DNA of 63,123 nucleotides, counting the filler, from Hyphochytrium catenoides (Eukaryota; Protista; Hyphochytriomycota): assembly GCA_900088475.1 (NCBI GenBank). It is 8 parts of 8 records of this genome, joined end to end, with 100 filler letters (N's around TTAATTAATTAA, not from the genome) between each part and the next. Parts side by side here need not be neighbours in the genome. Positions count along the whole stretch, not along the records: positions 51,642 to 54,696 come from FLMG01000705.1; positions 54,797 to 60,296 come from FLMG01002653.1; positions 60,397 to 61,725 come from FLMG01002355.1; positions 61,826 to 63,123 come from FLMG01004626.1; 4 more parts are not named here. One strand, given 5' to 3'. This document shows, piece by piece, positions 52,428 to 63,123 of the stretch. The notes under the pieces were generated by a model that saw only the letters and a list, made by a program, of their open reading frames with translations, was not told where the DNA came from and made no database searches. Position numbers and translations under genes: made by a program. Each line of letters opens with the position of its first letter. Position 1 is the stretch's first letter.

Positions 52428-53785
52428 AGAGAGAGAGAGAGANNNNNNNNNNNNNNNNNNNNNNNNNNNNNNNNNNNNNNNNNNNNNNNNAGAGAGAGAA
52501 AGGGCAAAGAGAGAGACGTTCACTCTCCCAAATGGAGAGTTCCGCCTTGGTTTAGGGCAAGCCATTGTCAAATGACAGAGAGGAGAGTGCAACGGAACAC
52601 TGGCACCTCTCACCGGAAAGAGAGAGAGAGAAAAACAGAGAGGGAAACCCAATGGGCTAAGCATTGGCGAACTCGTCTAGGGCTCTCTCCCGTACTGATG
52701 ACACAAGTCTGCCCAGGAGGAAAAGAGGAGAGAAAAGACAGTTTCAAGACGTGCTGGCGGTCTGTTTCTTCACCTCTCTTTCCTCCTGAGGGACAAAGGT
52801 CCTTTCTTCTCTCCTCGATCATGTTTGTTAAATGTTGATTTCTTGGAATAGAGATTGTCTCTTCTGCTGTGGCTTGTTTTTCTTTCTTCGCTGTTGCTCC
52901 GACTCTCTTCTGGGCAGTCTGCAGAGGATTTCTGAGCAGGAAAGAAAAAAGTACAATAACCTGGAAGAGACAGCAGATTGATAACGGAGAGAGAGACCGA
53001 GAGAGAGAGAGAGGGATGTGCGCCTGTATGTCAGGAAGAAGAAGAGGAAAACGAGCGAGAGCAAGAAGAAGAAGAAAGACGAAGTAGAGCTAACCACCTT
53101 GAGAGCTTGCAACAGAGAGAGGAGACATTTATTTAGGCGCTGCGCCTTCGAGGTAGAAGAGGAGAGAGGACCGTTCTTGTCTTATGAGGGTGACATAGCG
53201 AAGAGACAACGACATTCCTAATGCTGAAGAACCAGCAGAGATAGACCGATGGCAGAGAAGAGGAGAGAGTTTATTCCTCTTCCGCGTAGCTCAACTGCAG
53301 AAGCTTTCTAGATCTGAGACATAATCTGCGGGGCCTGCCGTCAGCCTTGTCTTTGACGTGGTACCAGCGGCGGGGTTTCTTCCAGCCACGAAAGGAGGCT
53401 CACAGAAGAAGGACACGAGCAAAGAAAAACGTGTTAGCGTCTTGCTCCTACCTCCTCCAGAGGCTTGCATCATCGCTGGCTTTGGCTGTCGGTCTGACTT
53501 CCGTTCATCCAAGGTGGGATAAGAGACTCACTCCGGCCTGTCTGCTGCTATTGACCATGCAGACCTTCCAACCACTGTTGCTGGGTGACCTGAGGGCTCC
53601 GTCGTGACTAACAGAGAGCTCTGCTTCTTGCTGGGAAAAGCAGCGTTGATGCTGCGCCGACATTGTCCGTGACAATAGTAACGTCGGAGATAGCAGCGCC
53701 GCTGACTTGTATGGGCTCACTCACTCGCTCCAACAGACAGAGGGATCGGGTTAGCTCCATCATCTTCTTACACCTCAACGGGATA

Positions 53786-54696
53786 GGTTTAGGACCTCTC
53801 CACTTTGTTTGGCCTCATGCTGCTGTATAGACGGCTCTCCTGCTGCTTGAGCTGCTGCTGCTGCACCCAGAAGTCCGTCCTCCACACGACGAGGACCATT
53901 TCCTGCTTATTATCTCCTTCCTTGCCCCTCGTTAAGGAAGAACATATGCCTCAGATCCTCAACTTTTCTCTTACCAGAGCTTCACGTAGACGCTGCACTA
54001 GGGCGCCGAGTAGGCTCTCCTCTTCTTCTTCCGGAGGAACGTATTGGGAAGAATCACTAGTAAACTGAAATCTCCCTCGAGGGACTACGGAACGAAGAGG
54101 AGAGCCATATATTTGACCGATTCTTTCTCTACCTTCTTAGCCACCTGGCGAAGAAAGAAGAAGAGGCCATCATCCGCTATCAACCTAAGAAGGGAAGAGA
54201 AGAGATAATCATAGGCCAGTAACAGGGCACACAAAGACGACAAAGTCGCCTTTTCATAGGAGAAGAGGGAGAGAGACACAGAGAGAGAGAGACACACACA
54301 CAGAGGAGACAAACAGAAGAGAGGCACACACACACGCAGCGAGGAGAAAGGCAGATGCGCACGCAGGATGTCGTCGAAGGAGGAGGAGGCACACGACAAC
54401 GAGAAGCTTAGGCCACACCAACAGCTCTCCCTGAGGACGATGGAAGCTATGCTTTACTCTAGTTTATATTCTTCTTAACCCTAGAAATAAAGCTGGGGAC
54501 TCTCTATCATTATAGGAGACACTTGGCCCCTTGCTGTTGTCTAGATTAGGAACGATCCTAGCACGGCCAGCAGGGCCACCGCGCCACCGGCAAGCGCAGA
54601 AGACGAGACCTGAGAGCCCAGGACGGCGGAGGATGGCTTAGAGGTGGTAGCGACGGGCGGGGCGCTAGTGGACGGGGCGGCGGTCGACGGGGTGGC
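53786..54696 (-). CDS. Fragment of an unidentified spliced gene (5'-truncated)
   Basis: Putative GT-AG exons reading ATPSTAAPSTSAPPVATTSKPSS, VAKKVEKES, EEEEESLLGALVQRLREAL and EMVLVVWRTDFWVQQQQLKQQE. The structure is uncertain. Confidence 0.35.
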
Positions 54697-54796
54697 NNNN
54701 NNNNNNNNNNNNNNNNNNNNNNNNNNNNNNNNNNNNNNNNTTAATTAATTAANNNNNNNNNNNNNNNNNNNNNNNNNNNNNNNNNNNNNNNNNNNN
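54697..54796. other. Artificial scaffold linker N44-TTAATTAATTAA-N44
   Basis: Identical 100-bp structure. Confidence 0.97.
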
Positions 54797-56216
54797 GGAT
54801 AGATATAGAGGTGAGCACCTCATAACTCACGCATAGCTCCTTCCCTCCCCACCATCTACCCCTTCCTTCAATCAAGTCCTCTGCGAACCACATGTACATC
54901 CTCATATCCTGACCACATCCTAGCCAAGCGAAGTCGTCCAGAAGGCAGCGACTTTCCGTATCCTCAACCTTCACCTGCCCCACCTCTCTTGCTTTTCTTC
55001 CACGACGAGGTCACTGTACTTACCAGCACCGCGAGGCTTCCTAACAGCAGCTGCAGAGTCGTTATCTGACATAGACTCCCTGTAATGAAAGCCTCAGTCG
55101 GTTAGAGAAGCTCTGAGATTGCAAAGGTAGAGTAGGTGGATGAGAGTTGCATAGTCACGATTCCTGATAACAAGGCCAAGTGAGGAGGAAGGCTCCCAGG
55201 GCAAAAAGTCGTGTTTACCTCTCGTCTTGCTGTTGAGCGGCGTTTTCCATTGTCTGTCTGTGTCTCTTTCTGAGGTTATTTAGGTGTAGTCTCATATAAT
55301 GATTGTGCACCCCAACACTCAGAGCCTTCTTTACTCTTTCTTGCCCAATCACGTACTGGTCCATCCCTTGAAAGACTTGGCCAGGAGTGAGCACGCGGAA
55401 GCTATTTCCCTCCCCGTCTCCTGAGCTGAGCGTAGGAGATGCTCCCTCTTCAGTCGTGGGGGGAAGTGGAGGTGGCGACGAGAAAGATGTGGAGCCTGCA
55501 TGTCCCTTGGACCTACTGTCATCTGGTTCCGCTGTGCTGGGCCTGAGGCTGAGTGCGTAACAAGTTTTGCAGCGCTCGCAGTACAGCGTGCCAGGAACCT
55601 TTTGGCTATCTGTGCAGTGTTCAGAGCAGGTAGAATAAGGGAGAAGGTGCGTTATCAGGGGATCGATGGATGGCAAGCTCTGGTCTATAGAGAAAGAGGA
55701 AGGAGAGCTAGGTGCGACATCACTAAATCCAAGAGCCAAAAAGGCTGCCCATGACCCGCATCTCTTCTATTTCTTCTTCACGCAGCCTTCCCTCTCCTTT
55801 GTTAAGTCTCTTACCATGCGCTCCGCCGCCGGTCGGCCGTGTCACCATCACCTGCAGTTCGCCACGGCACTTTGGACATTGAAAGGGTGGCGGCTGGTGC
55901 GCACTACCGCCTGACGCCGAAGACGCACAGCGACACTGTGACAGGGGCTTCTGTGGCTATTATGGCGGAGAGGAAGAAGAGATCAACACTATTAGAAGGG
56001 TGTAGTCTTTCTTGGAGACACGAGAGCAGGCTCACTACCCGGCTCTAGAGGCCGCTAGATATGATAGCGTCAATGCTGAGTGATTACCTGAGCGTAAATA
56101 TATGAAGATGATGGCTGTAGCTGCCGAGCAAAGCCGTAGGTCAGCACACGGCCTCTACCTAGCCGTAGGTTCCGCTGAGCGTGAAGCTCATTGACCACTC
56201 TACTGACTCTCCGCAT
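54797..56216 (-). CDS. clpX: Mitochondrial ClpX AAA+ chaperone subunit, N-terminal part (3'-truncated)
   Basis: Presequence MRRVSRVVNELHAQRNLRLGRGR, a eukaryote-type C4 zinc finger CPKC...CERC, and LTPGQVFQGMDQYVIGQERVKKALSVGVHNHYMRL, the hallmark ClpX motif. Confidence 0.9.
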
Positions 56217-57848
56217 CCTGCCTCTCTGACCCTTATTGTCTTTGTGTTATTGCGTGTCTCCTGCGTGTCGTTGTCTCCCTTGTTCTGATGCTTCGCCGCT
56301 ACCCTGCCAGTGAAATCAGCGCTACTTATCACGCCAGACTCGTTGCAGATACGCTGCCGAAGTTTTACGACTCAAGCCTCCCAGCACTCTCCTTCTATTC
56401 CAAGGCCTCGTCAGGCAATAGCAATAGAGAAGGCGGCAACGCGGTCAAGCGAACAGCGGGAGCTTCTGTTCCTCTTTGTCAGTTCATCAGGGAGAATGAG
56501 AGAGGAGAGAATGGGGAGGCAGAGCCGCGCTGCTCTTTGTGCGTCTCTCTCTTTCTCTCTCTCCCGTCCCGCTTGTCTCTCGTCTCTTCTTCTCTTTCTC
56601 TCTCTACATCTCTCTAGTAGGAGTTGCACGAGGTTATCTATATCCTTCATGCTCTGTCTCACATGTAAATCACTCTTTTAAACTGAAACCTCCTGTCTCT
56701 CCTTCCTTCTGTCTTGCAGAGATCCTTATCTAGTGACTACTCTGTCTCCCTCTGCTGTAGTGACAAGGGTCTGTTCTCAGCACAAGAATGTTGCGGAAGA
56801 GGAACATTCCTCTCCCTCTCTCTCTTTCCCTTCCGTCCCCTCCTCTCTCTTCTTGTCCTTCCTCCTCTCTGTCTCGATGTCGCTTCAACTAATAAAACCT
56901 CAACACCCATGGAGAATTGTGGGTTTGATGACTAAGTGTGTTAGCCTTTTGTTAACTGTGTTTGAAAGAGCTCGTGGGTGTGAGAAGAGCATTGGGCTTT
57001 TGGTACATACTTATGTAAGAAGAATGTGTCGGTATTACTACTGACAATGTGGCTTAAAGACTAGGATAAAACCTCTCGGTGAACCACAAAGAAGTAGTAC
57101 TATTCTCTGGGTCCCTACTAGCCGGTAGCGGCTCTGTTCCAGATATGTAGTTACGTAGTTACCATAGGCGGAATTAGTCTTGTCTGTGATCTTCGGCAGC
57201 TATGGAATCAGTCGAGACTGGCGGAATACGTTTGAGTTTGTACAGAGAACATCCTCTATGCAGTCGTGTCCTTTGGTGATGAGGAGACAAAGTGAGGAAG
57301 AGATGGGAACTGCCCTAGAGTAAAAACGTAGAAGTACGCAAGTCAGAGCGGGGAGGATATGTAAATCTTGAGTGCGGGCTCGGCGTGAAAGGAAGAGAGG
57401 GACAAAGAAACAGAGGGAGACAGAGACAAAGAGAGAGGACCANNNNNNNNNNNNNNNNNNNNNNNNNNNNNNNNNNNNNNNNNNNNNNNNNNNNNNNNNN
57501 NNNNNNNNNNNNNNNNNNNNNNNNGAGAGAGAGAGAGCACCCAATCATCATACGAGTACTGTAACATGTTGACCCTTGATGGCCGGGGCCTTGAAGGCCA
57601 CTCTCCTGCCTCGACAACGATGGTCCGCCGCCCGCCTGGGGAGCTGGCCCGGCCCACTCTCAGGTCAGCAGCAGCAGTGGCAGCAGAGGAGGGCCCTCAA
57701 CAACCGTGACCATCGGCCCACAAATAGCACTCGGGTGATCACCTCACGCTCTGATCGCCAGGACAGGAGCACCATCCAACACAAAGAGAGAAGAGAGAGA
57801 GAGATTTTCTCTTCGAACCATCAGCTTGAGAAGACAAACTTTGTCCTC

Positions 57849-60296
57849 ATGGCGCATAAGGCGCCCTTCTTCCGCTTTGTTCGATTCTTCTTTCTCTACC
57901 TCGCCTTCTTAGTCCTCCTGCCTACTTCTCACAGTGCTGACCAAACAGACGTGGACTCTGAAGAGCAACTTCTCTCTCCTTCTTCTCCTGCTTTGTTTGT
58001 CTGCCCGGAGAACTCCTATCCTCAAACGGAAGAGCCGCAATCGTTCTCAGACTGCACTTGTGAGGCTGGATATCAGCGGAGTGGGGAGGGTGAAGAGGCA
58101 AGCTGCGACTTCCTCTGCCCAGATCATTCGTCTCCTAAGGATCCGTCCTCTCAACCATCGTCGTTCTCTGATTGTCAGTGTGACGAAGGCTTCACAGCTG
58201 ATCTCTCCGCTGCATCTTCCTCTCTCCCCTCCTGCTATTTTGCATGTCCTGCACACGCTACCTCGTCTGTCTCTCTCTCCGGAGACCTTAGCGGCTGCTC
58301 CTGCCAGCGCGGCTTTACTTTGAATCATGCCTATAGAGCTTGTGAGTTCACTTGTCCAGCCTTCATGGTGCCCAAGCCACACATTCTTCCTCAATCCATG
58401 GAAGATTGTGAGTGCGCTGAAGGCTATGAGAAAGCGGAAGGAGAAGAAGGAGAAGGCGAAGTCTGTCGGTCCCGATACAGTTGCCCCGCCCATTCTTCCC
58501 CTCACGATCACCAGCTCGCGCCTCGGAGCTTTGACGATTGCACATGTGATCACGGCTATCAAAAGATCAGCACACAAGGACCGATAGGGAAAGAGCGGTG
58601 TCATCCTGTCCCTGTCTCTACCTTCGCATGTCCAGAGTTCTCTCGCCCTCATAAGGCAGTGGCTCGAAGCATTGAGGATTGCCAATGCCAGGACGGCTAT
58701 GAGCTAGAAGAAGAGCTCTGTCTACTGAAGAAAGAGATCTATCGCTGTCCTGAGCACGCCTCCTCTCGCTTAGGTGTAGGCAAAGAGAAAAACTTCTCCG
58801 ATTGCGCCTGTGTGGAGGGCTACAGGCCCAAAGCGAAGAAGGAAGAGTGTGAGGAGGTGCTGCCACCTCCACCCTTTGAGTGTCCTGCAGGAACTGTTGC
58901 AAGGCGCTGGCCTCCTAAAGCGCTTGAGGATTGCCTTTGTCCCTCAGGAGAGGAGGTCTCCAAGTGCAAGAGAGAAGAGCGGAAGAAGTTTCTGGTAGAG
59001 AAGAGAAGGCAGTCAGTCTGTCCTCCCTCTTCCTTTCTCGTCCAGTACCCAGTCAAGAACGCGCAGGATGACTGCCACTGCCGGTGGGGCTACCATCGGG
59101 ATACAGCTCATCCCAGAGAGAAAGGAATCAAACGCGAAAAGCTTCCCTTCTGTCTCCCTGACACACCAGGCCTAAATATCTCGACCAATCTGAATGTGTT
59201 CCATTGTCCGCCACAGTCCGCGCCGCTTCATTCTCTTCCAAAAGATCTTAGCCACTGTGCCTGTCAGGGGGGCAGGCGGCTGTCCAAGGTGACCAACCTT
59301 TGTGAGTTCTCCATGGAGGAGGTAAGCGCTCAAAGAGAAGTAGAGAGATACTTTAACGCCAGCCACTGTGAACATAAGGAGCTGCCGGGTGGTGGGACGC
59401 CAAGGGGGAAGACATTCGAGTTTATTATATATAGTAGCAGTAGGATGTGATAGAAGGAGCTATGGGCCGCATCACCAGCACTTGTTTTTGCATCTCTTGT
59501 ACCTCAGAAGCCCTGTCTTCCACTCTTTTCCAGGAAACATGTCTCTTCTTTCTAACCCTACTGTCGGGCCTTCCTCTGGCTTTGACTATCACCTAATAAA
59601 TACCCATTGCGCTGTCTGTATCTTACAGGTCCTGGCCAGTACTCCCAGTAGCGTGGCAGTCAACGGTTCTGAGGTGGCATACCAGCTGGTGGGAGGGAAT
59701 ATTATGGTCACCCAGGGAGACATTGCCATTGGCGAAAGTCTTGGCCTCAATCATCAAGGAGGGCACGTCTTCAAGCTCAGAGGGATGTATGCAGATAAGA
59801 ATCAGAGCCTCTGGAACAACGTAAGAGCTCGAAGATGCGCTTGACACACCTTTCCGGGTGACTGGAGTTTCTTTAGCTTGCATTGTCACCATTCTTTGCC
59901 CCTGACTTGGCCTTGTGTCGTAAGGTCCACTCCTGGCGGTGCCACGTAACCAGCTATTCTGCTTTTCTCCAATGTCCTCCTTCTATCTTGCTTGCTTGGC
60001 GCTCAATCTTCCTCTTCTCCTAATCGTGATTGGCCACTTACTCCGTTGTTGATGGCTTGCTACCGTTGGGGACACCTCTCTCTCGCTATTTAAACTCTCC
60101 TTGCCTGGTCCTGACGGTTGGGCCCTTCCTGCCACAGGAGACTATATGTTATGCCATCGACCCATCAATACGTTCGAAGTCTGAAGTCATTCACAGTGCC
60201 ATGCATCACATCAGGGCCACTACGGGCTTCCAATTCCTAAATTGCGACTCGTCTTCCTCCTGCACGTCTTCAAACGTCTCTCTTTGCAAGGACTAT
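57849..60296 (+). CDS. Secreted astacin-like (M12A) metalloprotease precursor with ten N-terminal 4-Cys repeats; exons 57849-59321, 59629-59820, 60138->60296; 3'-truncated before the zinc-binding motif
   Basis: Signal peptide MAHKAPFFRFVRFFFLYLAFLVLLPTSHSA; 10 x CP...(S/D)CxCxxGY...C; propeptide motif QGDI; then LWNN|ETICYAIDP...IHSAMHHIRATTGFQF, typical of the astacin domain N-terminus. Confidence 0.75.
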
Positions 60297-60396
60297 NNNN
60301 NNNNNNNNNNNNNNNNNNNNNNNNNNNNNNNNNNNNNNNNTTAATTAATTAANNNNNNNNNNNNNNNNNNNNNNNNNNNNNNNNNNNNNNNNNNNN
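60297..60396. other. Artificial scaffold linker N44-TTAATTAATTAA-N44
   Basis: Identical 100-bp structure. Confidence 0.97.
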
Positions 60397-60737
60397 TCTC
60401 TCTCTCTCTCTCGCTCCTCTTCCGCTTCACATCTGCCGGTAGGAATTACACTGGCCTTCCGTTCAACCGCCATCGTGGAATGATACGAAGGGAGAGAAAG
60501 AGAGAAAGAGACGATCACAGGGAAGAACCAACCAAATAACGGCAGATCTTCCTAATAATAACCAACAAGGAGAGTGGTCAAGCGAACTTTTATAAAGTCC
60601 TAGGAAAACAAAGCAAGGCAACACAGCGAAAGCCAACATGCAGACTCGTCAACGGTGTACATAGAGAGAAAATAAGTGAAAGAGAGAGAGTAAAAGAGAG
60701 AGTGAAAAAGAGAGAGAGAGTGTAAAAGAGAGAGAGT

Positions 60738-60782
<45 letters not shown>

Positions 60783-61725
60783 GTTGGGGCATGGCATAAT
60801 TTTTTGAGTTCTTCTCCTCCTTCATTATAAAATGCCATAGTTTGCCGTTACGTCGGGATCATCGCGCTGCCGCTGCCCATCGTCATCTCTCTTACTTCCC
60901 GCGTACAACAGACAACGGATGAAAACATTTTCCGTCTTTCTCTCTCTCTCTCTCTCTCCCTCTTTCTCTCTCTTTTCTCTCTCTAATCTGTTCCCTCTAG
61001 TAGCTGCGGCTTTCTTCTATCCTCTTCTTCACCTCGTTTGCACGTCTTCGGTCTCGCTTTGCTTTCAGTTATAAACAGTTCTCTGTTGTTCTCTAGCGTC
61101 TCCTTTTTCATCAACAGCGCACAGTCGTTTTCTCTCTCTTTCATTCTTTAATTGTTATCCTTTTCTTCTTCTAGATTTTCCTTAGTCTAGTCGAGATTTT
61201 TCTCTCTCTCTTCTTGCTTGTCTCGACTTTCTCTTTCGCACTCGCCGTTGAGTTCCTTCTTTTCATTGTCTCTTCTCTTCTTCTCTGCTTATAATCTATC
61301 CCCAGCTGGTCTTTCTCTCCACATCTCGTCGACTTTTCTCTCTTTCCTGTTCTCCAAAATTTCTCCTCTCTCGTGTCGTTCTTAACTCCTTTCAGTGCGC
61401 AATATTGCATGTTTTCTCTCTTATCTCTTCCTCACTTCTATCCCTCTTCCCATGGTTCCGCTAGCTAACTGCATGCGCTCTCACTCCTCGTACATATCCT
61501 GCTCTTCTCCCATGTCTCTCACTCTCTCTCTCTGTGTATCTCTTACTAATTTATCTCTCTCTCTGCGGTTTAGATTCAACTCTGCCTTCTTCTCTCTTCT
61601 TCTCTTGCGCTGTCGAAAAAAGAAGAGAAAGTTAAAGTTTATGCTGCCAAAGATATTATGTCGATCTCTTCCGATCAATTCACCGCGGTGGAGTTCTGAT
61701 CCCAGTTTCTCTTATTTCTTTTAGA

Positions 61726-61825
61726 NNNNNNNNNNNNNNNNNNNNNNNNNNNNNNNNNNNNNNNNNNNNTTAATTAATTAANNNNNNNNNNNNNNNNNNN
61801 NNNNNNNNNNNNNNNNNNNNNNNNN
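61726..61825. other. Artificial scaffold linker N44-TTAATTAATTAA-N44
   Basis: Identical 100-bp structure. Confidence 0.97.
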
Positions 61826-63028
61826 TAGTAGTAGCGGCGCTCTGATAAGCCTAACCAAGAGGCCTTTCCTTATAGGTGAGGCACCGCACTGTCACCCAAG
61901 AGAGACTTTGCACTCCATCCCATGAATAGCCTGCCGCAAGGGATCGAGCCTGACAATAGCCGTCTCCTGGGATCTTCCTCAGTTCCCGACCCATTGTCTC
62001 CTCGACAGCAGGAAGCTTTAGAAGAGGTGAGGAACTATTTCTTTCCGTTGATGTGTTGTCATAGAAGCTTCCGAGATAAAGGGGACGCGCAGAAGGAGAG
62101 TCCAGGTCCTGAGGTGGGTGCCTACTGCCTTGTTGGCTACTAAACGCTGTCATACTCTCTGTTCGCTCCATACCGCTTCGGGAGTGAGCTTTACCTCCCC
62201 GGTCACGCTCGTTACAGGCGGGTACCGAAGGGTCGGGAAAATTAGCCTCTGGTCGCCCTGTCCTTCCCCCTGGCTCCTTACTAGTTGTCTCCGGTTCAGA
62301 CTCAACAGAGTTCTTTGGCTTCGATAAATCTTCCCGTCTAAAAACTGCGGGCTGGACAGGGCTTGTTCTCGGAGTTTCTATAACGACAAAAAAGAAATTT
62401 ACTTCTGAGTGGCGCATGATAGCAAGGGGATGTCATCTACCTGAGAAGATGTGAGGCTCCACTTTCATGGGCGCACCCCGAAACTCTTCTGTCCAATATT
62501 GTTCCAGCTCTTGCCATGGTTTGTGAATGCCAGCCCCGATATCACGGTTACGGAAGAGCCGAACTCCTTCCATCGCAAGTCTCGGGGTCTGTTTATAAAA
62601 GCCCGGTTTTAGCTTGAGAGCAATAGCTCCATCTCCCAACCACCAACAAGGTCACAAACATGTATAATGGTGTGCTGATGACAGACTCCACCTACCACTA
62701 TCAGTTACCGCTGGCAAGTCCGCTGAGGCAGAAGGTGCAGAACTTGCACTATCAGGCGATAACGGCCGTACAGGCGCTGCTCCAGATGATCCAATTGGGG
62801 TAAAGTAGCAGAACAGTCCTGCTTGTCCGCTAATGCCGTCTTTCGACTTCCAAGAATAGGAGAAGAAACAATAACCCAAACGAAGATGAGAGGAGGATAA
62901 TAGTAAGAACGTGGACGATAGCACAAAGGAATATTATGCGAGAGTTAGGCCTCGTAGCCAACATCAAAAAGTTGGACCACTTCTGCATACCTTCTTCGAG
63001 GCCCCTTCTACTGTTACTCCTGCCTTCA
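61826..63028 (-). CDS. OTU-like cysteine protease (deubiquitinase) domain protein, partial
   Basis: In-phase exons lead through a disordered region to MGRELRKIPGDGYCQARSLA, which matches the OTU Cys-box (xxxDGxC). The sequence is cut by the linker before the His-box. Confidence 0.6.
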
Positions 63029-63123
63029 TTCCAGCAGCTTCATCTAGCGCTTTGGTAGTAGTGGTAGTCGCTTTTTCTTTTCAGTTAAAGCAGCTTTCTT
63101 TCTGGCAGCAGCCCTTTGCATCC

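Noticed and set aside
57576-57848. N-terminal 91 aa of the 624-aa ORF
   Set aside because: A clear signal peptide begins at ATG 57849, so the upstream part is probably UTR or intergenic.

Overview
Intron-rich eukaryotic (protist) genomic DNA. It is most likely a SAR-type lineage such as a stramenopile, inferred from a Rab1A-type GTPase. The window is not contiguous: seven artificial 100-bp linkers (N44-TTAATTAATTAA-N44) join eight scaffold pieces, and several genes are cut at these joins. Many introns and some exons are saturated with (CT)n/(GA)n microsatellites, so most entries in the ORF track are spurious. Manual GT-AG splicing supports these genes: a two-repeat polytopic membrane protein, a coiled-coil protein, Rab1A, TMEM234, HisG (partial), a membrane-anchored cyclophilin, DCAF7/WDR68, a tandem two-repeat (2x6TM) Kv-like channel, a mitochondrial single-pass protein (partial), APH-1, a TerC-family protein, mitochondrial ClpX (partial), a Cys-repeat astacin-like protease (partial) and an OTU-like protein (partial). 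Three observations stand out. (1) A ~22-exon, ~1,100-aa gene at 39.6-50.9 kb, invisible in the ORF track, appears to fuse three phage tail/receptor-binding-like repeats, ~8 TM helices, a WW-like domain and a beta-adaptin appendage platform domain. (2) The tandem Kv channel has two repeats that share three intron positions but differ in S4 charge. (3) The TerC gene looks cyanobacterial but has gained introns and a signal peptide. All gene models and domain calls were made by eye and need RNA-seq and HMM confirmation.
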